From Mobula hypostoma (lineage: Eukaryota), in the NCBI RefSeq assembly GCF_963921235.1, contig NC_086097.1, positions 154,816,001 through 154,880,000 on the forward strand: a stretch of DNA of 64,000 bases, written 5' to 3'. The notes beneath the pieces were generated by a model. The model worked only from the letters and a program-made list of their open reading frames with translations. It was not told the origin of the DNA and made no database searches. Shown piece after piece: positions 26,196 through 39,129 of the stretch. The first letter of the stretch is position 1. Every line of letters starts with the position of its first letter. Both the position numbers and the translations under genes were made by a program.

Positions 26196-27011
26196 TTTTC
26201 CAAAGTCAGCACATTAACCCTTCTGTTAATCTGGTGCACTCAGAGGTCCACTTACGTGGAACTGGGATATTGTGCAGATTGTTCCCATTAACACTGCATC
26301 AAGATAGTAACATCATAATTTTTTTTGTGAAATCAGTAAGTTTAAAAAGAAGTGCTCGAAACATCTCTGAATGAGACATATTGAACCATTAGGACTTCCA
26401 AATAATCAGGCAGCTAATTATTAGAGAATAACTGGAAGTTCTTTCAGTTTCACTGTATTTTTTCAGTGAATACAGACAGAACAGAACTAGCATGGGCCAT
26501 TGATTTTAAATGGCCTATTCTGTCATCTACATTTTATGCTATTCATCTTTAAATTAGAGTGAAATTTTATGCTGCTCAGTTCTATATCATTCTCCTTTGA
26601 AAGCAGTGTCTCCAGCTAAGATATCTAAGTTGCATACCGCAGCACCTTAGCCAAAGGCAAGGCAGCAGATACAGGATGAGTGGATGCAGCAAAGGAACAG
26701 GGTGAGGTGCAATGGTAGAGCAGGGTACTGAAGCAAATGGCATACAAGGGAGTCAGGACTAAAGATAGGCCTGACCACTGGATCTCACTCACATATTGAT
26801 CAAACCCATTCCACATTTACTCACTTTCATATGCCTGTTACCTTCCCCTGCCTTTCCTACCACCCATTGCAGAACTTCCCTCCTTTGAACTCTTACCTTG
26901 ATGGCTTGGGCCTAGATAGTGAATTACTGCTCAACTCTTTGACCATAAAGGAGGAATTCAAGAGACATGGCCAGGCCTTATTTTGGTGACTTACTTTTTT
27001 TTTGTTCATTA

Positions 27012-27872
27012 TGTTACGAGAATACACATAAAATTAAGATGTTTGCTGGCCTGGGCTAGCATCAGTGGCATCAGCAGTTGGTCTGCCACCTGCCCTCGGG
27101 GGAAGGAGAGATAAGGAACAATGGAGCAGCGTCTGGAGATGTGTAATGAAGGGACGTGGGAGAGAGAGAGCTGTCTGGAGCGGCTCCCCCTTTGAACCCT
27201 GAACTGTTTGAAGTGATGGACAGGCGATACCCCAGCAGGGGGATAAAAAGGGACCGGTTCGCTAAGGCAGGAGACACACGCCACCCGAGGTAACGAGACC
27301 CTGGAAGCGGTACGCCTCTCACGAGTGGTGAGAAGTATCGGACAACGCACAGGGTGGAAAGGTACGATCAGCGGGAACCCGGTGTGTGTCCGCCCTTGCC
27401 TGGGTGCCGGGTTCACTGCAGAGGATCGACCGCATCTGGAGGAGGGGTCACAGTTGGTGACCTCAGGTGACATCACCAAGGACCCGCCCAAAAGTTGCTT
27501 GTGAGCCATCTCGCCGGTCTGTGAGTGAAGCAGTGTTCTGAATGATCAGTTGTTCCTGTCCTCTGTCTCTCTTCCCCCACGTTGTCCATCCATGGCAACG
27601 ATTACTGCGAACTGAACTACTAACTGGACTGAACTTTGAGTCACTTTTAAATTTGGTCATTTACCCCTAGACAACGATAGAGCTTGATTGATGCTGTTAT
27701 CTTAATTCTGTGCACATGTGTGTTTATCATCGCTGAACTGTTGCATTTATTATCCTTTCGATTACTGTGTTGCTTGTTTCTTTAATAAAACTTTCTTAGT
27801 TCTAGTACTCCAGACTCCAACTGAGTGATCCATTTCTGCTGGTTTGGCAACCCAGTTACGGGGTACGTAACA
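27012..27872 (+). mobile_element. Solo LTR, 861 bp
   Basis: TGTTACG...CGTAACA inverted termini; TSD ATTA at 27008-27011 and 27873-27876; AATAAA ~27783; CpG-rich. Confidence 0.88.
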
Positions 27873-28206
27873 ATTACAAAAGAGGAATAATCAGTCCTTT
27901 GCCAGAAGTAACAATCTTGATGAGAAAAGACCACCACTTCCTGATTCAAATAGACTAGCAGAGTTCCAAAGATCCACAAAGTCCTCGTGACTCAATACTA
28001 TCTCATTTTAGAGAATGAGCATGTTCTGTCTCTTTGGACTCCTAAGTTTTGCTACTGAAAATAATAGCACAATATGTAAAAATAAATCCATTTCTACAGT
28101 TAAGTTGAATCTGATCTAAGCTACCACCATTTAAAGACATCTTGTTGAATTTCACACAGTATATTCTGCTTCCATTTGAAAGAAGCAGAATTAATCATTT
28201 ACATAC

Positions 28207-28260
28207 CCTTTGACCTTGTGGACCTGGTTTTCCAGCAATGCCATCCAGACCAGGAGGGCC
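28207..28260 (-). CDS. COL22A1: Collagen exon, 54 bp: GPPGLDGIAGKPGPQGQR
   Basis: gtag|GGC...AGG|gtatgt. Confidence 0.93.
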
Positions 28261-29616
28261 CTACGATTAGAGAACAAAGCATACTATATTTTATTAATCC
28301 ATTGACCTGTCTACTGCTAAAGTTCATGAGAATTGCCCAAGGGTATTTCTCTATGGATTCCCCAAGAGTGCAATTACCAACCATCCTGATCTATTGAGAC
28401 AAGGCATTTAGTTTCACAGCATTTTTGTTGCACCATGCATTTTGACAGTCTTTTATTTTGCTCATTTTTGAAAAAGAGATTTTGATCCAAGAGAAATGCA
28501 TGCACGGTTTCCAAAAGAATTACAGTGCTGACCCTGAAGGAAGGCAGAACTCCCTGCAGTTGTGCACCTTCCTTGGTTCTTTCCAACTGGGTCCAGAAGG
28601 GACAGACGAAGTAGTTTTGGTAAATGCTTGTCCTTCTAACACCACATGTTACTAAAGTGGTCATTTGAGATTTTAGAAAAAAGAAATACACAAGTTTTTA
28701 ACCCGTCCTCAAATTTTAGTTTTGTGCATTCTGCAGGCAACATCACCGATTTCCCCACTCCAAAAGCTTTGTTCTTATATCATGCTGCAACACTGAAGAA
28801 AGCCATTAGACCCATCAAATCTATTTTGGCTCTTGGGATGACACCATCAATCCCATTCCCCCATTTAATTCCCTTATACAATAAACCTCTCATCTACCTC
28901 ATTCTGATTTTACACTTTGTTTACCTGCACTGCCCTTTCTCTGTAGCTTTTACACTTTATTCTGCATTCTGTTATTGTTTTACCTTGTACTACCTCAGTG
29001 CACTGTTAAAATGCCTAGATCTGTATGAGTGGTATGCAAGACAAGCTTTTCAATGTATCTCAGTACATGTGACAACAATAAACTAATTCCAGTTCCGTTT
29101 CAGGATATTCTCCCTCTCTTTCACATCAATTCCATCCGGACTAACCTACCAAAATTTTGTACTAATGAAAATTTACAGGGACTAGTTAACCTACCGATCA
29201 GCACACCTTTGAAGAAATGGGAAGAAATCAGAGCACCATGCAGCTGTGCCAAGAACTTGCTAATTCCATCAGACTTCAGGATCACACTGATACTGTGAGG
29301 CATCGGATTATCTGCTACGTGCCATGCTACTCCACTACCACTTCCATGTTGATTGCTAGGAGCGGCCTCATAGATTAAACCTAGCCATCTGGTTAATTAC
29401 ACCTTCGTTATTGTAGCATTTTCTTCCACAGTTTAACATCACCTTAGTATCTGATTCTAATCACTTGATTATGGTTTGAAGGTCAATGGCTTGGCAAGAA
29501 TTATATGACACTCTCTCTCATGTAAACACACACACACACAGAGTCGATGAGAGTAATTAAGCTTTCATTTGATTAATAATTCTAGTCTCTTCTATGTAAA
29601 CAATAAACAAACTTAC

Positions 29617-29670
29617 CACAGGTCCCTGAGGACCTGCTATACCTGGAAGGCCTCGAGGTCCTGGCTCACC
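29617..29670 (-). CDS. COL22A1: Collagen exon, 54 bp: GEPGPRGLPGIAGPQGPV
   Basis: ccag|GGT...GTG|gtaagt. Confidence 0.94.
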
Positions 29671-29822
29671 CTGGAAAGGCAAAACACATTACATTTAGAG
29701 CCATAGAGTCATACACACTGAAGAAGGCAGACAGACCCAACATGGCCATGCCAAACACGTTGTCCATCTACGCTAGTTCGGTTTGCTGTGTTCGGTCCAT
29801 ATCCCTCTAAAATTTTTCTTGT

Positions 29823-30700
29823 TCATGTTACAACTGCGTGACCAGATTCTGATCTGACTCCATTTCTATGTTTGCAAATGACACCATCATAACGGGTCTC
29901 AAACAGCAACGAGTTTAGGAAGGAGATGGAAATAGGGAGCCTAGTGGTATGAGAAGGAGACAAGAAGCTTAGAGGCAACAACCTTTTCTTCAATCTCAGC
30001 AAAACACAAATGTTGGTCATCGACTTCAGGATACAGGGCAGAGCACATGTTCCTGTATGTATTAGTGGTGCTGAGGTGGAGACAGCTGAGAGCTTAAAGT
30101 TCCTTGGCGTAAATATCACAAACAATTTGTACCTGGGCCAGACATGCAGACACTATGGTTGGAATAGCTCACCAGAACTCTACTTCCTCTGAATTACCTA
30201 AAGAAATTCAGCATGAATACAATGGCCGTCACCAATTTTTACAGATTTACTGTCCCATAGAAAGCATCCTGTCTGGATGCATTACAACAACTGCTCTGTC
30301 CAAAAGAAAAATTGCCCGGAGTTGTGAACACAGTCCAGTCAATCACAAAAACCAGCCTCCCATCCATTGACCCTCATACAAGATGGCGCTGGTGAACCAA
30401 GGTGATATTCAGCAGGCTACGTATAATGATGCCATCTTTCATTGATTCTATGATAGTTATTATTCTATTATAGATGTATTAAGTATACCTACAAGAAAAT
30501 GAATCTCAGGGTTATATATAGTGACATTTATGTACTTTGATAATAAATTTACTATGAACTTTGAACTTTGACTTTGACTCTATTTCCTGCAGCCTTGAGA
30601 AAGGGGCCAACATAATCAAGGATCCCTCCTATCCTGATCATTCCCTCTTCTCTCCTCTCCCATCAGGCAGAAGATACAAAAGCATGAGAACAGATATCAC
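29823..30700 (+). mobile_element. Old Rex1/Babar-like LINE fragment(s)
   Basis: FA.DT, L.IDFR, VE..ES.KFLGV.I and IESILSGCIT motifs. Confidence 0.72.
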
Positions 30701-30706
30701 CATGTG

Positions 30707-30945
30707 TGCCACAGTAGCATAGCGATGACCATGACACTATTATAGCTCAGAGCTCAGAGTTCAATTCCAAAAGTGTTTGCATGATCTCCTCATGAACCAC
30801 TTTCCCCCGACAGTCCAAAGACATTATGGTGAGTAGGTTAATTGGTCACTGTAAATTGTCCTGTGACCGGTCTAGTGGGTTGCTGGGTGGTCTGGCTCAT
30901 TGGGTCAGAAGGGCCTGTTCCGTGCAGTATCTTTAAATAAAAATA
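30707..30945 (+). mobile_element. V-domain/HE1-type SINE
   Basis: cagtccaaagac...gtaggttaattggtcactgtaaattg core plus CR1-like 3' tail. Confidence 0.7.
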
Positions 30946-31064
30946 AAACCAGGCTTCTACCCCATGTTATAAGACGTTTGAATGGACCTCCTAAACAATA
31001 AGAATGAACTTGAGATCTCTCAATCTACCTCATCATTACCCTTGAACTACCTGCACTTTACATT

Positions 31065-32322
31065 ACAATTTGCCTATCGCCACAATAGGTCAACGGCAGA
31101 CGAAATCTCAATGGCTCTCCACATGGCTTTAGACCACCTGGACAACACAAACACTTACGTCAGAATGCTGTTTATTGACTGTAGCTCAGCAGTTAATACC
31201 ATCATTCCCACAATCCTGACTGAGAAGTTGCAGAACCTGGGCCTCCGTACCTCTGTCTGCAATTGGATCCTCTACTTCCTAACCGGAAGACCAAAATCTG
31301 TGCAGATTGGTGATAACATATCCTCCTTGCTACTGATCAACACTGGCGCACCTCAGGGGTGTGTGCTTAGTCTACTGCTCTACTCTCTATATATACATAA
31401 TTGTGTGACTAGGGATAGCTCAAATACCATCTATAAATTTGCTGATGATACAACCACTGTTGGTAGAATCTCAGGTGGTGACGAGAGGACATACAGGGGT
31501 GAGATATGCCAACTGGTGGAGTGGTGCCACAGCAACAACCTGGCACCCAACATTAGTAACATGAAAGAGCTGTTTGTGGACTTCAGGAAGGGTAAGACAA
31601 AGGAACACATACCAATCCTCATAGAGGGATCAGAAGTGGAGAGAGTGAGCAGCTTCAAGGTCCTGGGTGTCCAGATCTAACCTGGTCCCAACATATCGAT
31701 GTAGTTGTAAAGAAGGCAAGACAGCGGCTATACATTATTAGGAGTTTGAAGAGATTTGGCATGTCAACAAATACATTCAAAAATTTCTGTAGTTGTACCA
31801 TGAAGAGCACTTTGACAGGCTGCATCACTGTCTGGTACAGAAGGGCTACTGCACAGGACCGAAAGAAACTACAGAAGGTTGTAGATCTAGTCAGCTCCAT
31901 TTTGGGTACTAGCCTACAAAGTACCCAGGACATCTTCTGGAGTGGTGTCTCAGAAAGGCAGTGTCCATTATTTAGGACCTCCAGCACCCAGGGCATGCCC
32001 TTTTCTCACTGTTACCATCAGGTAGGATCTACAGAAGCCTGAAGGCACACACTCAGAGATTCAGGAACAGCTTCTTCCCCTCTGCCATCTGATTCCCAAA
32101 TGGACATTGAATCTTTGGACATTACCTCACTTTTTAAAAACTATACAGTATTTCTGTTTTTGCACATTTTTAAAATCTATTCGATATATCTAATTGAATT
32201 ACTTGTTTATTTATTATTATTATTTTTCCTCTGCTAGATTATGTATTGCATTGAACTGCTGCTGCTAAATTAACAAATTTCACGTCACATGCCGGTGATA
32301 CTAAACCTGATTCTGATTCTGA
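31065..32322 (+). mobile_element. 5'-truncated Rex1/Babar-like LINE (RT + 3' UTR)
   Basis: [38 protein letters not shown]; (CTGATT)n tail. Confidence 0.88.
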
Positions 32323-33693
32323 AGTTTAACTTTCTGAATTCTGTTTTATTTTGTTCTTTTGTACTATGTTAATGTACCTATGATCGAAATGATCTATCTG
32401 GATGGCTTGCAAACCAAATTTTTTCATTGTATCTCAGTACATGTGAGAATAATAAAGTAGTTACATAATCAACCATCACCTGCCTCAACCACTTCCTCTG
32501 GAGACTCATTCCATATATGCACCAGCTTCTGCATGAAGTGGCTGCCTTCCAGGTTACTTAAAAATCCTGCCTCTCTCACCTTAAACCCATATCCCATAGT
32601 TTTTCAATTCCCTTTCCCTGGGATAAAGTCTCAGTGAATTCACCTTATCTATGCCCCTTACCACTACAAGTTCATTCCATAGTATCATACACTTCAAGGA
32701 ATGAAGTCCTCCCCTGCCCAACCTCTCCCTCTAATGAGGCCCTTGACTCCTTGCAACATTCTCAATTTTTTCCACTCTTTCCAGCTTTATGAAATCTTTT
32801 CTATAACAGTACAATCAAAGTTGTACACAATACTCCAGACATGGCCTCACAAACTTCGCAAACAACTGCAACTCCTATAATCAATGCCCTGAATGATGAA
32901 GACCAGCATGCCAGAAACCTTCTTGACCGCTCCATCTATCTGAATTTGTGTGCAGTCCTTGGTCCTTCCACTCCACAGCACTCTCCCGGGACCTGTTGCT
33001 GACTGTCAGAGACTTTGTTAAAATTTCTGTTTCTCCTCTGCCCCTTGAGTAATGTAGCACAGAGTGAGGCCCTTCAGCACAACTTGTCCAAGCAAACCAA
33101 GATGCTTATCTAAGTTAGACCCACTTGCCCACGTTTGGCCTAAATCTTTTTAAACATACATTTCTTATACATCTTCATGAAACCAAAGACCACTCAGGCC
33201 CAATGAAACTCTGCTAGCTCTCAAAGTATTCTCTCAGTCCCATTCCCCCACTTATTTTCCTGTAACCTTTCTCGTTCACTTACTCATCAACTCCTCCTTT
33301 ATTCTCCTTCCACCCACCTACACTGAGAGGAATTACCTAATAACAACCTGTCTTTGGGTTGTAGGAGGAAACTGGTGCTCTCTGAGGAAACCCACGTGGT
33401 CACGGGAATAATGAGCTAACTCCACATCAACAGCAGCCAAAGTCAGATTTCAACTTGGACTACTGTAGCTGTGAGGCAGCAGCATTACGTTTTGCTTTTT
33501 TTTTTGCTTCTGTAATGGAGTCTGCATAAAAGTTAGCACAAAGTCCCATCAAGGCAGCGCTACACCTGTGGACAATTTCATTGAAGGTTTAAGAGTTATT
33601 AGTCAGCAATGCACAACTACCTTGACTAGAATTAGAATGTAAAGTCAAGCTCATAGCTCCTTGTGGCAACTTTTATACAAGCATTACACTTAC

Positions 33694-33723
33694 TCGTTCT
33701 CCTTTTAAGTAACCAAGATCCTC
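33694..33723 (-). CDS. COL22A1: Collagen micro-exon, 30 bp: EDLGYLKGER (helix interruption)
   Basis: tttctttcag|GAG...CGA|gtaagt; in frame, at the position of the COL22A1 QQEGLKGEQ segment. Confidence 0.85.
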
Positions 33724-34549
33724 CTGAAAGAAAACATGGAATGGTTAATCCACAAGGTAAAACTGTGAAACAAGAGCATCTGATTGAAATATAAAATGCA
33801 GGCTTCTCTAAAGTTGTTGATTCTGACTTTATCAAACTGTGCTGGTGGTTGGATTACATTTTATGCGTCTCTTAAATCATTAAAATGTTAAAGTAATTCC
33901 GACGTAATTAAGCACCAGAAAGTGCTTAAATGTGGTGTTGATATTTTGCAACGTTCATCAAATTAGAGGCTGATTGGGGTTTGTACACATGATCACTCCA
34001 GACCTTTTTGCACAGTAATGATTGGAAACATACTGTAGGTCAATTTTAGGCTCAAGTTTTACCCTGGAATTTCTTTCCTCTGCTCTCTCCCGTCTGACTT
34101 CAATACCAGAGGACGGGGAAGTATCTCTTACAATCTAACAGTACAACAAACTGTTACACTGGCTTGCAAGTGTTCAGAATATAGTTAAAGACAACCTAGT
34201 CATAGAATCATGGATAGGTTATAGTGTAGGGGGAAAGAAAAACTGAAAAAATGGAATGGATCCTTTCAAGGTGAGAGAAAGTGTCAGTTGCTATAATTGT
34301 GGGACTTTGTGGATTTGTAATGGGTTTTGGGTGTTAGCTTTCTCCTGACTTGGGGAGTGAAATATCAAGGAAGGGAAATAAACAGATGGGCCATATGAAA
34401 GTGAGAACAAGAGGGAAAGTGACAGTTATACTCGACAGCAAAGACTTTGCTTCTTCAATACTTTTGGGTGTATTTTATGGATTTTGGGCTGCTGGTCATG
34501 AAAATCACCATGAAGTTTTCCTATCACACGCCTATACTTATTATTTCAA

Positions 34550-35211
34550 TTAATAATCCATGTCAGAGTAACTGATGGCAAGGTTTAAGGAAGGCATTTT
34601 GTTGGTCCATGAATCAAGCAGGTCATCAATGACAGGGAACTTGATGAACCTCTAGCGGGACCAGAGAAAATTGCATGGAAGGTATTCAAGGATGTTGTTA
34701 AACATTTTCTTGGCAACTGCAGAGCAACAAACTATGTGCAGCTGGTTAACAACATAATTTAAGCATACAAAATCATGAAATAGAACATATCACTAAAGAT
34801 CCATTTTTTTGTATTCCCATTTAGACTTCTTCCCTGAAAATTTTGGTATTGTCAGTGATGAGCAAGGTGAAAGATTTCACCAGGACATCGCAGTCATGGA
34901 GAAACAGTTCTAAGGCAATTGGAATCCATCAATGCTGACTGATTATTGTTGGCCACTTAAGCATGAAGCTTCAGACACTGAGAACAAATGAAAATAATCA
35001 ACAAAACATTTTTAGCTTTGTTGAACCATTGCAAATTATCAGCCCCATTATGTAATTAAATATTATATTTAATAAAAGTTAATTTGTTTCACCAAATTCA
35101 TACATGATACAAGTAGTCTGAAATTACATTTGTGTTCAGCTTTAAGTATTATATCGTAAACAAAAAAAATTCTGAGGAAGCAACACTTTTGAAAAAAATT
35201 GTTGTCCGGTG
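34550..35211 (+). mobile_element. Chapaev3-like (CMC) DNA transposon 3' remnant
   Basis: Degenerate KEGI.VGP ... SLKIHF..SHLDFFPENFG.VSDEQGERFHQDIAVMEK...NWNPSML.DYCW; terminus AAAATTGTTGTCCGGTG. Confidence 0.72.
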
Positions 35212-35379
35212 TCAACTGTCTGAACGTTTAGTGAAAAGAGAGGTTAGAGGAAGAATCTGGGACTTGATGGTCTGTTTTCTGTGTACCACATTCTAAATAA
35301 ATGCAAGTACTTCCATATAAATCATCATTTGTTAATAAACCATATATGTTTTCCTCTGAGTATTTACACTGAGCAAGTA

Positions 35380-35925
35380 CTCCTTACTTGGAGTATAGTG
35401 TTCACTGCTGGTCACCTCATTATAGGAAGGATGTGGAAGCTTTAGAGAAGGTGCAGAGGAGATTTACCAGGCTGGTTGCTAGATCCTAATGCATGTCTTA
35501 AGAGGAAAGGTTGAGTGAGCTGGGGCTTTTTTCTTTGGAGTTAAATAGGATGTGAGGGAACTTGGAGGTATATAATATGATAAAAAGAATAGATAGAGTG
35601 GAGAGCCAGTGCCTTTTTCCCCAGGCTGGAAATTTCTAATACCAGAGGATATTCTTTTCAGGTGAGTGGGAGAAAGTTTAGGGAAAATGACAGAGGCAGG
35701 TTTGTTACACAGAGAGAGGTACATGCCTAGAATGCACTGCAAGGGGTGGTGGTAGAGGCAGATATGCTAGGGACATTTAAAAGACTGAGAGAGGTATATA
35801 GATGAAAGGAAAATGCAGAGTAATGGGCTATGTAGGAGGGAAGAGATAGATTAATCAAGTAGTAGATTAAAAGGTCTGCACAACATTGTAGGATGAAGTA
35901 CCTGTACTGTGCTTTAATGTTTGCA
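35380..35925 (+). mobile_element. CR1 LINE 3' fragment
   Basis: WSPHYRKDVEALEKVQRRFTR nucleotide remnant. Confidence 0.8.
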
Positions 35926-36264
35926 TTACATGGTGTTGAGAGCTCTTGATTAGGAAGCTCTCGTTGCATCTCTTGATCAGGCTGCAACTCGAGATACCTG
36001 TGGATAATGTGTGAATTTCTCCTTTATCTTACCCAGTCTTTGACCTTACTGTCACTCGGTGTCTGAATGAGGACAGCACAGCCTCCACGAAGAATTAATA
36101 AGCACCACTGCTGACTTACCACCAAATAAACTTCAATTTAAGAGTTCTGTACTATTACCTTGTTAAACTGCGTTAACTGATGACCTGCATATACAATGTT
36201 TAGAGGTTGGGGGCATAAACATTGTATATTTGGATTCCCAACTCCAGAGGCCAGCTGCTCAGAC

Positions 36265-36891
36265 TGTCATGACCCCGACCATTAATTCCCCATTTTCTCC
36301 TAATTCCCTTTGATTGCAACACCCCTGACTCTCATCAAGGCCTGCAGCATAAATATCCTGGCTTTGCATCCACTCACGGCCAGGTCACTGATTCAGCCTG
36401 TGTGGTTGTTCATGTTCATGTTCTTGGCCACTTAGAACTGTGAATTCTAAGTTTGGAATCTGCACTGTCTGCCTGTGTTAACCCTGTCTCTCAGCTGCTT
36501 AGAATTGTAAATTTTAAGTTTTGTTTCCGCACTGTGGTTTGCCAGTGTTAACTCTGTCTCTCTGTGTTAATAGGAGTGTTGCATGCTGCCTGTCTTCCCG
36601 TTCATCCTCCCGCCTGCTGTTCTCCTCAAACCACGCTCACACCCTGGTCTGCATCCCTGTTCTGCCTCCTTCCGCCGCCCACCTACACTCGCTGTTGGCT
36701 CGGTGGTTAAATGCCGCATTCCCACCATAGTGACCAGGGTTTGATCCCCGGTCAAGCGTCGCTCACTCCTCGGCATTCCTCTGCCTAATCCTCGTTCCCC
36801 GGCCTGCCCTATAACCGTTAATAAACACACCTTAGATTACTCTACCTCCGTGTCTGTGTCCTGCGTTTGAGTTCACCCGTTCCTTGCAACA
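36265..36891 (+). mobile_element. Solo LTR, ~627 bp
   Basis: TGTCA...CAACA; near-perfect 5-bp TSD CAGAC/CAGAT; AATAAA ~36820. Confidence 0.68.
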
Positions 36892-37358
36892 CAGATGAGA
36901 CTCAATGGTTTTAAATGTGGACCTTTACTCATCCCACAAAATCACTTCAGAAATAATAGAATACTTTCTCTCTGTGCTTCTACAGTTGTTTTAGATTCTT
37001 ATTGTTTATTTATCAGCTGAAAGATCAGCATAAAAAAGAGTAATTTTAGATATTTAAAATAGATGCAAAATGCTTAGCAATTATTTGCATTCGCACTTAC
37101 ACCAGGGAGATATTACATGCACAAATTTATAAACTCACCTTCAAGAATGGACAACAAATCACAAATGATGTTGTAACTGTACATCTGCATGGTATACAAA
37201 GACAAAGGAAACAACACTATTGCCTGGTCCTGTTTAGGCAATCTGACAGAAAGAGGAGAAAGTCTGGAATGTTGGAATTCTGAATGTCCTACGTCTTGAT
37301 TTATTTAAGAGATCATTTCATCCTCATCACAACTGCACATTACTGCTTGAACACTTAC

Positions 37359-37397
37359 CACCACACTCCCAAGTAGGCCTGGAGGTCCAGCTTCTCC
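37359..37397 (-). CDS. COL22A1: Collagen exon, 39 bp: GEAGPPGLLGSVV (enters helix interruption)
   Basis: atag|GGA...GTG|gtaagt; ends GSVV like COL22A1. Confidence 0.92.
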
Positions 37398-37964
37398 CTA
37401 TAAAACAATGCAGGAAACAAATTATGCTTCTGAAAATTGACCTTCATGATGCTGAGAGGTTGGGCACGCTAGGACTTTTTCCTTAGAATGTCAGAAACCA
37501 AAGAGTGGTATTACAGAGGTCTCTAAAACCATGAGGGGAACACAGTCTTTGTCTCAGGGTTAGGGAATCAACAGGGTTAAGAGCCAAAGGGTAAAGGTTT
37601 CAAGTTAGAAGATTTAAAGGAATCTAAGAGGCAACTTCTTCACAAAGGAGGTAATGCTTGTATGGAACAGGATGCCAGAGGAAATGGTCGAGGCAGGGAC
37701 ATGAACGACCCTCAAGGTATTTGGGCAGGTTCATGGATAGTAAAGGTTTAAAGGGACATGGTGGGATTAAAACAGATTTCAACAGATTGCATTTTAGAAC
37801 AAATGAATGTCTTTTAGAGAAGGAAACTGTGACCTTAACTAGTCAAACTATACACGAATCCTCTTAACCAACAACGTGAGAGTTGATTTTCTCTTCCTCC
37901 AGGGACAATTGGCAAATGTTGGCATTGTTAGTAACATTCACTTTGTATGAATTAGCAGCATTAG

Positions 37965-38510
37965 AAACATAGAAAACCTACAAAGCTGTGCTGAACATGT
38001 CCTTATCTTAGAAATTACCTAGGGTTGCCCATAGCCCTCTAATTTTCTGAGCTCCACGTACCTGTCCAGGAGTCCCTTAAAAGACCCTATCGTATCCACA
38101 TCCACCACCATCGCCGGCAGCCCATCCATGCACTCACCACTCTCTGCGTAAAAAAAAAACTTACCCCTGACATCTCCTCTGTACCTACTTCCAAGCACCT
38201 TAAAACTGTGGCCATCTCATGCCAGCCATTTCAGCCCTGGGAAAAAGCCTCTGACTATCCACATGATCAATGCCTCTCATCATCTTATATACCTCAGGTC
38301 AGCTCTCATCCTCCGTCACTATTAGAAAAAAAGGCCGAGTTTACTCAACCTATTCTCATAAGGCATGCTCCCCAATCCAGGCAAGATCCTTGTAAATCTC
38401 CTCTGCACCCTTTCTATGGTTTCCACATCTTTCCTACAGTGAGGCGACCAGAACTGAGCACAGTACTCCAAGTGGGGTCTGACCAGGGTCCTATATAGCT
38501 GCAACATTGA
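37965..38510 (-). mobile_element. CR1 LINE 3' fragment
   Basis: MLQLYRTLVRPHLEYCAQFWSPHCRKDVETIERVQRRFTR. Confidence 0.88.
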
Positions 38511-38993
38511 TATCAAACCAGCATTGCAGGTTAGAAACACAAAAGACTGCAAATGTTAGAATCTGGAACAACAAACAATCTGCTGGAGAAACTCAACAGG
38601 TCTAGCAGTATCTGTAGCGGATGGGGTTGGGGGCGGGGGGGGATTGCTGATGCCTTGCGTCATAACCCTGAAGAATGATTGATATTATGAGCTGCCTACT
38701 TTGCATACTTCTGGTCGGCATGAGTATTGCATGCACTAATGCCCTTAATTTAACACCATGTACGGCATCTTGTTGCAAAGGCGCTTGTATACATCAATTA
38801 ATGCAATTGAAGAACTCTTCCCCCCACAGTACTGCAGCAACAATGTTTTACTTGTTTACCATGCAGGCCTCTTTCTGTCACATACAATAGGATTGGTTTA
38901 TTAATTCTATAGCAGTTTCTCCAGACACCAAAATGCTCTATGCCACAAATGATTTTAATTTTCTTTTGTCAACCTTTTTTCTGCAATACTTAC

Positions 38994-39038
38994 TTTTTCC
39001 CCTTTGTCCCCAGGAAGTCCTGGAAAACCTGTTGCACC
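38994..39038 (-). CDS. COL22A1: Collagen exon, 45 bp: GATGFPGLPGDKGEK
   Basis: tcag|GGT...AAA|gtaagt. Confidence 0.93.
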
Positions 39039-39129
39039 CTGAGAATAAGAATAGAATAAAATTACAATTTTCTTTTATATACAAGTGTTAACTGCTAAGA
39101 CACTCCATGATGTTTTTATTCAGAATTTG

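Noticed and set aside
37133..37190. Possible exon ending TTGAAG|gtgagt
   Set aside because: Nearby acceptors give 38 or 46 nt (out of frame) with no Gly-X-Y; 33694-33723 fills that position.
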